From Patescibacteria group bacterium (GTDB lineage: Bacteria; Patescibacteriota; Minisyncoccia; Minisyncoccales; JAHCRE01): a stretch of DNA of 64,000 bases. The position numbers and the translations under genes were made by a program. Position 1 is the stretch's first letter. The number at the start of each line of letters is the position of its first letter. This document shows, one piece after another, positions 48,026 to 56,925 of this stretch. Where the stretch lies: positions 12,652 to 76,651 of the forward strand of contig JAHCRH010000001.1 of the NCBI GenBank assembly GCA_020148025.1, written 5' to 3'. The notes under the pieces are model-generated. The model was not told the DNA's origin. It saw only the letters and a list, made by a program, of their open reading frames with translations, and did no database searches.

Positions 48026-48526
48026 ATGTTTAGAAAAATCATTAAAGAAAAACCAAAAGAAGAGTTCGAATCCAAACTTCTTGATTTAGCTCGTGTTACC
48101 CGAGTTACCGCAGGCGGTAAACATTTTCGATTTCGGGCAGTAATGGTGATTGGAAATAAGAATGGAGAAGTTGGGGTAGGAGTAGCTAAAGGTTCAGATG
48201 TCGCCCAGGCAGTAGAAAGGGCAACGAGATTAGCTAAGAAAAATTTAATTGAAGTGCCAATCATCGATGATACAATTGAGCACGAAGTTTTCGCAAAATT
48301 TGGAGCGGCTAAGGTTTTACTTAAACCCCAAAGAAAAGGAAGAGGGCTGGTGGCGGGCGGTACCGTCAGAGTTATTTGCACTTTAGCTGGAATAAAAAAT
48401 ATTTCTTCAAAAGTTTTAGGAGCTACAAGTAACAAAATCAACAATGCTAGAGCAACAATTAAAGCCCTGAAGGAACTTAAAGCAACAAGTAACAGGCAAC
48501 AAGCAACAAGGAGTGTTAAAAAATAA
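48026..48526 (+). CDS. rpsE: ribosomal protein S5
   Basis: 'VTRVTAGGKHFRFRAVMVIGN'; C-terminus contains a '(caacaag)' heptamer repeat. Confidence 0.95.
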   Translation: MFRKIIKEKPKEEFESKLLDLARVTRVTAGGKHFRFRAVMVIGNKNGEVGVGVAKGSDVAQAVERATRLAKKNLIEVPIIDDTIEHEVFAKFGAAKVLLKPQRKGRGLVAGGTVRVICTLAGIKNISSKVLGATSNKINNARATIKALKELKATSNRQQATRSVKK

Positions 48527-48567
48527 ACCCCTTCTTGTCTCTTGTCTCTTGTCTCTTGTCTCTTGTA

Positions 48568-49011
48568 ATGCAATTACATCAATCACGTTCAAAACATAAA
48601 TTAAAAAAGAGAAAGCGTGTAGGCCGGGGAGGGAAACGTGGTACTTATTCTGGTCGGGGAATAAAAGGTCAAAGGGCTCGAGCTGGTCGAAAGCTGAAAC
48701 CTGTAATTCGAGAGTTAATAAAAAGATACGCAAAGTTAAGGGGATATAGATTCAAACCTCTGGAACAAAAGCTAGATGTGATTAATATTGAGACCCTTGG
48801 GAAAAAATTTAAAGCAGGCTCGGTGATTAATCCTCAAACCTTGCTTAAACTTAGATTAATCCGTAGAATAAAAGGGAAGATGCCAAAAGTAAAAATTTTA
48901 GGGAGGGGAGAAATAAAAAAGGCTTTAGTTATTGAAGGGTGTGAGATTTCAAAAAGTGCTAAAGAGAAAATCAAAAAAGCAGGCGGCAAAATTACAGGGT
49001 CTAGGGACTAG
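48568..49011 (+). CDS. rplO: ribosomal protein L15 (directly after S5; no L30 gene)
   Basis: 'KLKKRKRVGRGGKRGTYSGRG'; the track ORF from 48535 runs through the (ctcttgt)x4 repeat. Confidence 0.9.
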   Translation: MQLHQSRSKHKLKKRKRVGRGGKRGTYSGRGIKGQRARAGRKLKPVIRELIKRYAKLRGYRFKPLEQKLDVINIETLGKKFKAGSVINPQTLLKLRLIRRIKGKMPKVKILGRGEIKKALVIEGCEISKSAKEKIKKAGGKITGSRD

Positions 49012-49082
49012 GGTCTAGCCATTAGGTTCTAGTAAAAAAACGATAAATCCTAAACCCTATACCCTGAACCCTAAGCTAAAAT

Positions 49083-50366
49083 ATGTGGTTCCAAAAAGTT
49101 ATTCAGATTTTTAAAATAAGAGAATTGAGAAACAAAATTTTTTTTGTTTTAGGAACTTTGGTTGTTTTTCGGCTAATGGCTAATATCCCTATCCCCGGGA
49201 TTAGTGCCGAGGACTTAAGAGCTTTTTTTGAACAATTTCAGCTTTTTGGCCTTTTAAATATTTTTACCGGTGGAGCTCTGGATAAACTTTCAATTGTTAT
49301 GTTAGGATTGGGGCCTTACATTACTGCTGTCATTATTTTACAACTTTTAACGATGATTTTTCCCCAGCTGGAGCGGCTTTATCGGGAAGAGGGGGGGGCG
49401 GGACGTCAGAAATTTAATCAATATGGAAGGATTCTAACCGTTCCTCTGGCAATGCTTCAGGGATATGCAATGTTGACTTTATTTCAACGCCAAGGAGTAA
49501 TTGGGTCTCTTTCTCCTATTTTGCTTTTCACTTCGATTTTGACTATTACGGCTGGAGCCTTATTTTTAATGTGGCTTGGGGAATTAATTTCTGAAAAAGG
49601 AATTGGCGATGGTGTTTCCCTTTTAATTTTCGCTGGTATAGTCTCCTCTGTTCCAGTGAGTGTTCAGCAAGTTTATTTTGACCTCAAGACGGGTCCTTTT
49701 AAAATCCCAGCCTATTTACTCTTTTTTAGTATGGCTTTATTGATTATTGCCGGAGTCGTTTTAATCAATGAGGCTAGACGAAATATTCCAGTTTCTTATG
49801 CCAAAAGAGTTCGAGGAACGAAAATGTATGGTGGAGTTTCAACCTTCCTACCATTGAATGTTAATCCAGCTGGAGTGATGCCAATAATTTTTGCCCTATC
49901 GATTTTAACTTTTCCTGGAATGATCGCCAACTTTTTAGTAGGAGCTGGTGGAACCATTGGAAATATTGCCCAAAACATAAGTAATTTGCTTCAAAACCCT
50001 TGGGTTTATGGAATTTTGTACTTTTTATTAGTTGTTATCTTTGTTTATTTTTATACCGCTGTAACTTTTGATCCAAAGGCTATCTCTGAAAATCTCCAAA
50101 AAATGGGCGGATTTGTTCCAGGGATAAGACCAGGCACTTCAACGGCCAATCATTTATCTTATATTTTAAACCGAGTTTTGCTTATTGGAGCCTTATTTTT
50201 AGGAGTAATTGCGGTTATGCCTTCAGTTGTGGGCGGAATAACCAAGGTAATGGTTTTTCAATTTTTGATCGGAGGAACTTCTTTGCTAATTGTTGTTTCA
50301 GTGGTTTTGGAGACTGTACGTCAGATCAATGCCCAACTTCAGATGAGAGAATATGAAACTTTCTAA
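49083..50366 (+). CDS. secY: preprotein translocase subunit SecY
   Basis: 10-TM SecY, 427 aa. Confidence 0.95.
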   Translation: MWFQKVIQIFKIRELRNKIFFVLGTLVVFRLMANIPIPGISAEDLRAFFEQFQLFGLLNIFTGGALDKLSIVMLGLGPYITAVIILQLLTMIFPQLERLYREEGGAGRQKFNQYGRILTVPLAMLQGYAMLTLFQRQGVIGSLSPILLFTSILTITAGALFLMWLGELISEKGIGDGVSLLIFAGIVSSVPVSVQQVYFDLKTGPFKIPAYLLFFSMALLIIAGVVLINEARRNIPVSYAKRVRGTKMYGGVSTFLPLNVNPAGVMPIIFALSILTFPGMIANFLVGAGGTIGNIAQNISNLLQNPWVYGILYFLLVVIFVYFYTAVTFDPKAISENLQKMGGFVPGIRPGTSTANHLSYILNRVLLIGALFLGVIAVMPSVVGGITKVMVFQFLIGGTSLLIVVSVVLETVRQINAQLQMREYETF

Positions 50367-50418
50367 CCCTAAGAGTACAACACTACGAGAACAGTTCTCG
50401 TAGTGATTTGATTAATGT

Positions 50419-51114
50419 ATGAAAAAACCGTTTGTGATAATTATATTAGGACCCCCTGGGTCAGGAAAAGGGACTCAGGCTGAACTTCTAGAAGAAAAAT
50501 TAAATCTTTATCACTTAAATACAAGCGGAATTATTGTTGCCAATTTATTAAATGCTAAAAAGAGTGACTTTGTAAAAGTTGGAGGCAAAAAATATTTTCT
50601 CCTGGAAGAAAAAAAGTTGCGAGAATCAGGAAAATTAATGAGCCCTCCTTTAATAGCCTTTTGGATTAAAAATAAGATTAGAGAATTGGCCAAGGGAGGA
50701 AAGGGAATAGTAGCTTCTAGTTCTCCAAGGACTCTTTATGAGGGAGAGGAAATTATTCCTCTCTTTAAAAAATTATATGGGAGCTCTAGTATAAAAATAA
50801 TTTTAATTGAATTGAGTGAAAAAGAGTCGATTCGTAGGAATTGGTATCGAAGGACATGCAAATTAATGCGCCACCCAATTTTATACACAAAAGAAACTGC
50901 CAAACTTACGAAATGTCCTCTCGATGGCTCAAAATTAGTTATTCGCAAAGATGATACTCCAAAAACTATTAAAGTTAGATTAATGGAGTATAAAAAGCGA
51001 ACTTTCCCCTTAGTCAGTTATTTCAAAAAACAAGGTTTAAAAGTAAAGAAAGTAGATGGTAAACAATCGGTTGAAAAAGTTTTTAAAGACATCTTAAAAG
51101 CAATCAAAATCTAA
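50419..51114 (+). CDS. adk: adenylate kinase
   Basis: 'ILGPPGSGKGTQA'. Confidence 0.9.
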   Translation: MKKPFVIIILGPPGSGKGTQAELLEEKLNLYHLNTSGIIVANLLNAKKSDFVKVGGKKYFLLEEKKLRESGKLMSPPLIAFWIKNKIRELAKGGKGIVASSSPRTLYEGEEIIPLFKKLYGSSSIKIILIELSEKESIRRNWYRRTCKLMRHPILYTKETAKLTKCPLDGSKLVIRKDDTPKTIKVRLMEYKKRTFPLVSYFKKQGLKVKKVDGKQSVEKVFKDILKAIKI

Positions 51115-51143
51115 TGTTCAAAACCCGACGTTGAACATATTCT

Positions 51144-51959
51144 TTGAGATTGACAGAGACCCGGTCTCTGTTGGATGAAATGATTTCTATCAAATCAAAA
51201 AAGGAAATTGAGATAATGAGAGAGGGTGGTAAAATTCTGGCAAAAATTATGAAAGAGTTAGAAAAGATGGTCAGACCAGGAATTACCACCAAAAAATTGG
51301 ATAGGCTCGCTGAGAGCCTTATTTTAAAATATGGGAAATGCTCATTTGAAGGTTATAATGGTTTCCCGACTTGTCTTTGTACCTCAATAAATGAAGAAAT
51401 TGTTCACGGCGTCCCATCCAATAGAATTTTGAAAGAAGGAGATATTATTTCTCTTGACCTTGGTTTTTTTTACAAAGGATTTCATTCTGACATGGCAGTC
51501 ACTTTAGCAGTTGGAAAAGTGAAGCCTGAACTTTTGAAATTAATTAAGGTGACAAAAAAAGCTTTAAAGAGAGCCTTAAGAAAAGTTCGGCCGGGAAATA
51601 CTTTTGGTGATATTGGAAACAGTATTCAGAGATATGTTGAGGGTCAGGGATTTAATGTAATTAGGGAGCTTTGTGGTCATGGAATTGGCAAAGATCTACA
51701 CGAAGACCCTCAAGTATTGAATTATGGCAAAAGAAGGACCGGGCCTGAGCTTGTCGAGGGTATGACATTCTGCATTGAGCCTATGGTATCAACGGGAGAT
51801 TTCAGAATAAAGAAAACAACCCCGAAGCAGAGCAAGCTCGCTACGGGGCAAGAAAATGGCTATAGTTATCAAACTGTTGATGGTTCAATATCGGCCCATT
51901 TTGAACATACAGTGGCAGTAACAAAAAATGGAGTAGAGATCTTGACAATTTCAAAATAA
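51144..51959 (+). CDS. map: methionine aminopeptidase type I
   Basis: 'MISIKSKKEIEIMREGG', metal ligands; start probably at internal Met near 51180. Confidence 0.9.
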   Translation: MRLTETRSLLDEMISIKSKKEIEIMREGGKILAKIMKELEKMVRPGITTKKLDRLAESLILKYGKCSFEGYNGFPTCLCTSINEEIVHGVPSNRILKEGDIISLDLGFFYKGFHSDMAVTLAVGKVKPELLKLIKVTKKALKRALRKVRPGNTFGDIGNSIQRYVEGQGFNVIRELCGHGIGKDLHEDPQVLNYGKRRTGPELVEGMTFCIEPMVSTGDFRIKKTTPKQSKLATGQENGYSYQTVDGSISAHFEHTVAVTKNGVEILTISK

Positions 51960-52034
51960 CAACTATAAAGGGGCGTTTCAGAAAACTGATTCGCCCATTT
52001 TTTGTTTTATAATTTTTTATGCTAAAATAATTTA

Positions 52035-52820
52035 ATGCCAGACTACAACCCACCCACCACGTCCTCCCATTCTTCGCTTCGCTCAGAACGAGCCCCTGTT
52101 TATTTATCTGTTATTATCCCTGCCTATAATGAGGAAGAGAGATTACCAGAGACTTTGCGAGAGATTGATAAATATTTAAAGACAAAAGATTATGAATCTG
52201 AAATTATTGTTGTTTCTGATGGTTCAACCGATAGAACGGTTGAGGTTGTTAAAAATTTGATGCCAGAAATTAAAAACCTGAGATTAATTGAATTTGAAAA
52301 AAAGAGGGGAAAGGGATTTGGAGTTCGTCAGGGAATGTTAAAAGCCTCAGGAAAATATCGGGTTTTTACTGATGCTGATAATTCAACCTCAATCGATCAG
52401 ATTGAGAAAATGTGGCCGGAATTTGAGTCAGGTTTCGATATCGTCATTGGTTCAAGAGATATAAAAGGAGCTGTAATTGCCGTTCCCCAGACCTGGTTTA
52501 GAAGAAGATTAGGGGACATTTTTAATTTAATTTCGCAGGTAATTTCTGGTCTCTTGGGGATCTGGGATACTCAATGTGGATTTAAGGGGTTTACTAAAAA
52601 AGCGGCAGAGGATATTTTTTCAAAGGCGACGATTGATCGTTTCGCCTTTGATGTTGAGGTTTTAATTCTGGCAAAAAAACTTGGATATAAATTCAAGGAA
52701 ATCCCGGTAGTCTGGATAAATGACCCAGGAAGCAAAGTGAAATTCAGATCAATGGTAGAGATGTTAATTGATGTATTCAAAATAAGATTAAATTTTATTA
52801 AAAATATATATAAAATCTGA
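52035..52820 (+). CDS. family 2 glycosyltransferase (dolichyl-phosphate sugar synthase-like)
   Basis: 'LSVIIPAYNEE', 'DADN'; GC-rich N-terminal extension. Confidence 0.8.
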   Translation: MPDYNPPTTSSHSSLRSERAPVYLSVIIPAYNEEERLPETLREIDKYLKTKDYESEIIVVSDGSTDRTVEVVKNLMPEIKNLRLIEFEKKRGKGFGVRQGMLKASGKYRVFTDADNSTSIDQIEKMWPEFESGFDIVIGSRDIKGAVIAVPQTWFRRRLGDIFNLISQVISGLLGIWDTQCGFKGFTKKAAEDIFSKATIDRFAFDVEVLILAKKLGYKFKEIPVVWINDPGSKVKFRSMVEMLIDVFKIRLNFIKNIYKI

Positions 52821-52821
52821 T

Positions 52822-53865
52822 ATGAAACCTAAAAAAAAGACCAAAGGTAAAATAAGATTCCCATCTGAGCTTCGATTTGATTTGGTTTCGAGAGATTGGG
52901 TTATCATTGCAACTGGCAGGGCTAGAAGGCCGGAAACCTTCAAAAGAGAAAAGAGATTCAAAAAAGTACCTCCTCGTAAGACTTGTCCCTTCTGCCAAAT
53001 TAAAAATTTAGAAAACCCCCTACTTATTTTTGCTCAAGGAAAAAAAATCCCCGGTCAAAAAATTCCTAAGAATTGGACAACGATTATTATTCCAAATAAA
53101 TTTCCTGCTCTTTTTCCTCACCCTAAATTAAACAAAAAGATTGAAGGTGGTCTTTATCAGACAATGAATGCAGTGGGTTTTCATGAAATAGTGGTTACTG
53201 AAAATCATAAAAGGTCAATAGGTCAGTTTAAGGTAGAGGAGGTAAAAGAAGTTATTGATGCCTATTACAAGAGATATTCAGAATTGATGAAAAAACCATT
53301 TGTAAATTATGTTTCTATATTTCACAACCATGGGGCTGAAGCAGGAGCTTCAATCTTTCATCCCCATTCTCAAATCATCACCACCCCTCTTATTGATGTC
53401 GATTTAAGCAGGGCTCTTTTTAATTCAAAGAAATATTTCAAGACTCATAAAAAATGCGTTTATTGTCAAATGGGTAAATGGGAAAGGAAAACCCAAAAGA
53501 GGATTGTTTTTGAAAATGAAGATTTTTTAGTTTTATGTCCTTTTGCCTCAAAGGCCGCCTTCCAAATTATAATCTCTCCAAAAAAACACTCAGCCTATTT
53601 TGAAAGAATAACTGAAAGAGAAAAATGGACTTTGGCCGAAGCCTTCAAGATGGCCTTGGGTAAACTTTATAAGGCCCTAAATGATCCGGCTTATAACTTT
53701 TATTTACACACTGCCCCCTGTGATGGAAAGAAGTATGATCATTATCACTGGCACTGGACGATTTTACCAAAAACATCAATTTGGGCAGGATTTGAAATTG
53801 GAACAAGAATGGAGATTTCCACCATTGAGCCAGAGAAAGCAGCCGAATATTTGAGAAAACAATAA
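52822..53865 (+). CDS. galT: galactose-1-phosphate uridylyltransferase
   Basis: 'FHPHSQI' HIT-like motif; zinc Cys/His 'CPFCQ'. Confidence 0.8.
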   Translation: MKPKKKTKGKIRFPSELRFDLVSRDWVIIATGRARRPETFKREKRFKKVPPRKTCPFCQIKNLENPLLIFAQGKKIPGQKIPKNWTTIIIPNKFPALFPHPKLNKKIEGGLYQTMNAVGFHEIVVTENHKRSIGQFKVEEVKEVIDAYYKRYSELMKKPFVNYVSIFHNHGAEAGASIFHPHSQIITTPLIDVDLSRALFNSKKYFKTHKKCVYCQMGKWERKTQKRIVFENEDFLVLCPFASKAAFQIIISPKKHSAYFERITEREKWTLAEAFKMALGKLYKALNDPAYNFYLHTAPCDGKKYDHYHWHWTILPKTSIWAGFEIGTRMEISTIEPEKAAEYLRKQ

Positions 53866-53869
53866 ATTT

Positions 53870-54682
53870 TTGATAATGGGCCAAAAAAGTTTCACTCTAA
53901 TTGAGCTTATGGTAGTTATTGCCATTGTTGGATTAATTGCCAGTATTGTTTTGGTTAGTTTAAGAGGAGCAAGGCAAAGAGCAAGAATTGCTGCCGGTAT
54001 GCAGTTTTCTGATTCCCTAAGAGCTGGCTTATCTGATGCTATAACTGGTTGGTGGAGCCTTGATGAAGGAACAGGAAATACAGCTGGAGATACTTGGGGA
54101 GGAAATAATGGAACAATTTATGGCGACAATTACTGGACAACAGAAGGGATAAGAGAAGGAGCTCTGAGTTGTAGTGGAAATGATTATGTCAGGATTAATA
54201 ATGTTCAAGTTGATACTGCAAGTGGAGCCCAAAATACGGTTGAGTTTTGGATGAATTGGACTGGTACTAACAGTCAGATGCCAATGGGTTGGGACATTTA
54301 TGACCTGTGGTTAATAGACGGTTGTTTTGGTTTTAATACATCAGAAAATAATGCTTTAGGAGTTTCCTGGGATGGCTTAGTTAATAACTGGATTCATGTT
54401 GCTGCAATTTTTTACAACGGAGCGCCATCAAGCACAAATAATGAATTATATATCAATGGAAAAAAGCAAAGTATTTATTGGTGTCGTGGTAGCGGAGGTT
54501 CCTCTAGCAGCGTGACTACAACAGTTCAAATAAGCGGGTGGCCCACCAATGCCGCTTATCGTTTCAGCGGTCTTATTGATGAATTCAAGATTTATAACCG
54601 AGGCCTTACTGCTTTAGAAATTCAAAAGAGATATGCCGAAGGGTTGGAGAAATATAAGGACTTTGTCTTAAAAAAGCTCTGA
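53870..54682 (+). CDS. type IV pilin-like protein with C-terminal LamG_3 (concanavalin-A-like lectin) domain
   Basis: prepilin N-terminus 'GQKSFTLIELMVVIAIVGLIASIV'; LamG_3 signature 'GLIDEFKIYNRGLTALEI'. Confidence 0.7.
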   Translation: MIMGQKSFTLIELMVVIAIVGLIASIVLVSLRGARQRARIAAGMQFSDSLRAGLSDAITGWWSLDEGTGNTAGDTWGGNNGTIYGDNYWTTEGIREGALSCSGNDYVRINNVQVDTASGAQNTVEFWMNWTGTNSQMPMGWDIYDLWLIDGCFGFNTSENNALGVSWDGLVNNWIHVAAIFYNGAPSSTNNELYINGKKQSIYWCRGSGGSSSSVTTTVQISGWPTNAAYRFSGLIDEFKIYNRGLTALEIQKRYAEGLEKYKDFVLKKL

Positions 54683-54687
54683 TTGAA

Positions 54688-55236
54688 GTGTTTAAACGAA
54701 TCTTTAAATATCTTCTGATGATGCAACAAAAATCATTCACTCTCATCGAACTTTTAGTAGTCATTGCCATTATCGGGCTTTTAGCTTCGATTGTGTTTAT
54801 TAGTCTGGCAGGGGTAAGGGCAAGAGCAAGGGATGCCAGAATTCTTCTTGATTTAAGACAAATTAAAACTATAGCCGCAATGATTAACAGTGATTATAAT
54901 TCCTATGCTAATTTGTGTGCTGTCGATTTGACTCTTAACGAAAATGCCCCCGCTCCTTATGGAAAACAGCTAGAGTTAATTGAAGACGATCTTACCAAAC
55001 AGCAAGGGAGGTCACCTCTTATTATGCTTTGCGTTGCTGCTACCTCTAGGTATTGTGTATCCGCAGTTTCATCTACTTTTGATTTCATTTCAGAAGATTA
55101 TCACTCTTGGTTTTGTACGGACTCTGATGGGAGGAGTGAGTTTAGATTTTACTGCTGGGACGAGTCCACTGACACCCCTACTGATAGATGCCTAGAACAC
55201 AAAGCATTTCCTCCACCCCCACCCCCACCTCCATAA
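54688..55236 (+). CDS. type IV pilin-like protein, Cys-rich, C-terminal poly-Pro tail
   Basis: 'QQKSFTLIELLVVIAIIGLLASIV'; ends 'FPPPPPPPP' from (ccaccc)n. Confidence 0.7.
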   Translation: MFKRIFKYLLMMQQKSFTLIELLVVIAIIGLLASIVFISLAGVRARARDARILLDLRQIKTIAAMINSDYNSYANLCAVDLTLNENAPAPYGKQLELIEDDLTKQQGRSPLIMLCVAATSRYCVSAVSSTFDFISEDYHSWFCTDSDGRSEFRFYCWDESTDTPTDRCLEHKAFPPPPPPPP

Positions 55237-55300
55237 AGCAGTGTCAGTTGGTATTACACAAGGAAAATAGAAAATAAGGTTATTCTCATTTTTTTAATTT

Positions 55301-56056
55301 ATGAAACCATTAATTGTAGCAAATTGGAAATGCAACCCTCAAACTCTAAAAGGAGCTAAGCTCCTTTTTAATTCGATAAAAAGAGGAATGAAAAAAATTA
55401 GGAATGTCGAGGTGGTAATTTGCCCCCCCTTTGTATATTTATTGACAAGCGACAAGCGACAAGCGACAAAGATAAAATTAGGTGGACAGAACTGTTTTTG
55501 GAAGGGAAAAGGACCCTTTACTGGAGAAGTTTCCCCAAAGCAGCTTTTAAATTTTGGCTGCAAATATGTAATTTTAGGGCATTCCGAAAGGAGAATCTAT
55601 TTCGATGAGACCGATGAAATGATAAATAAAAAAATAAAGGCTGCGATATCAGTAAAATTAAATCCAATTTTTTGTATTGGGGAAACTAAAGAGGAACGAG
55701 AAAAAGGCCAGACTCAAAGTATTTTAAAGTCTCAGATCGAAAAAGGTCTTAAGAAAGTTTCAAAAAAGGAGATCGAAAAGATTACAATTGCCTACGAGCC
55801 CGCCTGGGCGATTGGAACTGGAAAACCTTGTGACACTGAAGAAGCCCAAAAAATGAGTTTGCTTATTAGAAAGATGATGGCTAGAAAATATTCTCTTTCG
55901 ATTGCTAAGAAACTAAGAATGATTTACGGAGGCAGTGTCAATAGTAAAAATGCCAGAGACTATATAAAAGAAGCCGATTTCCAGGGACTTTTAATTGGCG
56001 GAGCCTCTTTAGATCCCAAAGAGTTTATTAAAATTGTGAAAACAATTTCTGCGTAG
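55301..56056 (+). CDS. tpiA: triosephosphate isomerase
   Basis: 'ANWKCN', 'GHSERR', 'AYEPAWAIGTG'; contains (gacaagc)x3 tandem repeat. Confidence 0.95.
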   Translation: MKPLIVANWKCNPQTLKGAKLLFNSIKRGMKKIRNVEVVICPPFVYLLTSDKRQATKIKLGGQNCFWKGKGPFTGEVSPKQLLNFGCKYVILGHSERRIYFDETDEMINKKIKAAISVKLNPIFCIGETKEEREKGQTQSILKSQIEKGLKKVSKKEIEKITIAYEPAWAIGTGKPCDTEEAQKMSLLIRKMMARKYSLSIAKKLRMIYGGSVNSKNARDYIKEADFQGLLIGGASLDPKEFIKIVKTISA

Positions 56057-56143
56057 CTGTTAAATCTCAGAAGTGTCAATAGAGTTAAACTCTAATTTAA
56101 AAGCTTGACTTTTTTGTGCTTTTTAGTATTTTAATAGAATAGT

Positions 56144-56824
56144 ATGGATAAATTTTTAAAAGGTTATTTTTATAATCCCACTCGAGGAAATTTGAAAATC
56201 AAGGAGGTGATGGAGGAAATGTTAAGCTACATGAAGGAGAAACCAGAAAAGTTTTACGATATTATTGTTGGTTGTGATTCTTCCTCTGGAGAGAAATTCA
56301 ATTTCCCAGTGGCAGTGGTTATTTTAAGAGTAGGGGAAGGAGGGAGATTTTTTCTTAAAAAAATAAATTATCCTCCATCTCTAAGAAAAAAATTTTCCAA
56401 TTGGAAAATGCGAGTTTTGGAAGAAGTTTTATTATCCTGTGAATTAGCTCTATTCTTAAGAGAGAACTTTGAGAAAAAGATAAAAAGTGAATCAAATGCT
56501 TTTGATAAAAAGCCAGAAGGGGGTCGGGAAAACTGGGTGTTTTCCCGTGGTGGAAACAGGGAGGCTGAAAGCCGACCGCCAGAACCGCAAGGTTCTGGGG
56601 AGCTGAGCGAAGCGAGCCCAAAGGGCAAGCGCCAGCCGAAGGCTGGAGAAGCGAAGCAACCTTTTAATTATCAACTTCGTTATATTCATGCTGATATTGG
56701 AGAGCACGGTCAGACAAGAGATATGATAAAAGAAGTTACTGGTTTAATCCGGGGAAATGGCTTTGAGCCAAAGATTAAACCAGAGTCCTATGTAGCTTCA
56801 ACGGTGGCTGATAGATACAGCTAA
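56144..56824 (+). CDS. YkuK/DUF458-family RNase H-like protein carrying an in-frame family-A element insertion of about 150 nt
   Basis: 'IIVGCDSS' ; insertion encodes 'PEGGRENWVFSRGGNREAESRPPEPQGSGELSEASPKGKRQPKAGEAKQP'. Confidence 0.6.
   Translation: MDKFLKGYFYNPTRGNLKIKEVMEEMLSYMKEKPEKFYDIIVGCDSSSGEKFNFPVAVVILRVGEGGRFFLKKINYPPSLRKKFSNWKMRVLEEVLLSCELALFLRENFEKKIKSESNAFDKKPEGGRENWVFSRGGNREAESRPPEPQGSGELSEASPKGKRQPKAGEAKQPFNYQLRYIHADIGEHGQTRDMIKEVTGLIRGNGFEPKIKPESYVASTVADRYS
56517..56660 (+). repeat. GC-rich palindromic element, family A copy, inside the ykuK-like ORF
   Basis: 'gggtcgggaaaactgggtgttttcccgtggtggaaacagggagg...ccagaaccgcaaggttctgg...gcgaagcg'. Confidence 0.7.
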
Positions 56825-56925
56825 TTAGTATGTAGTATGTAGATAGTAGATGGTTGAGCCGCCTTTTTGGCGGCCCTTTAACTTATTTGAAAAAATCTTC
56901 TTATTTAGTAAGATTAGAATAGAAA

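Noticed and set aside
48013-48573. 186-aa antisense ORF across rpsE; similar long antisense ORFs at 8435..8911 and 37758..38057
   Set aside because: They lie fully antisense to strongly supported conserved genes (S5, AI-2E transporter, EF-Tu) and have repeat-driven low-complexity sequence.
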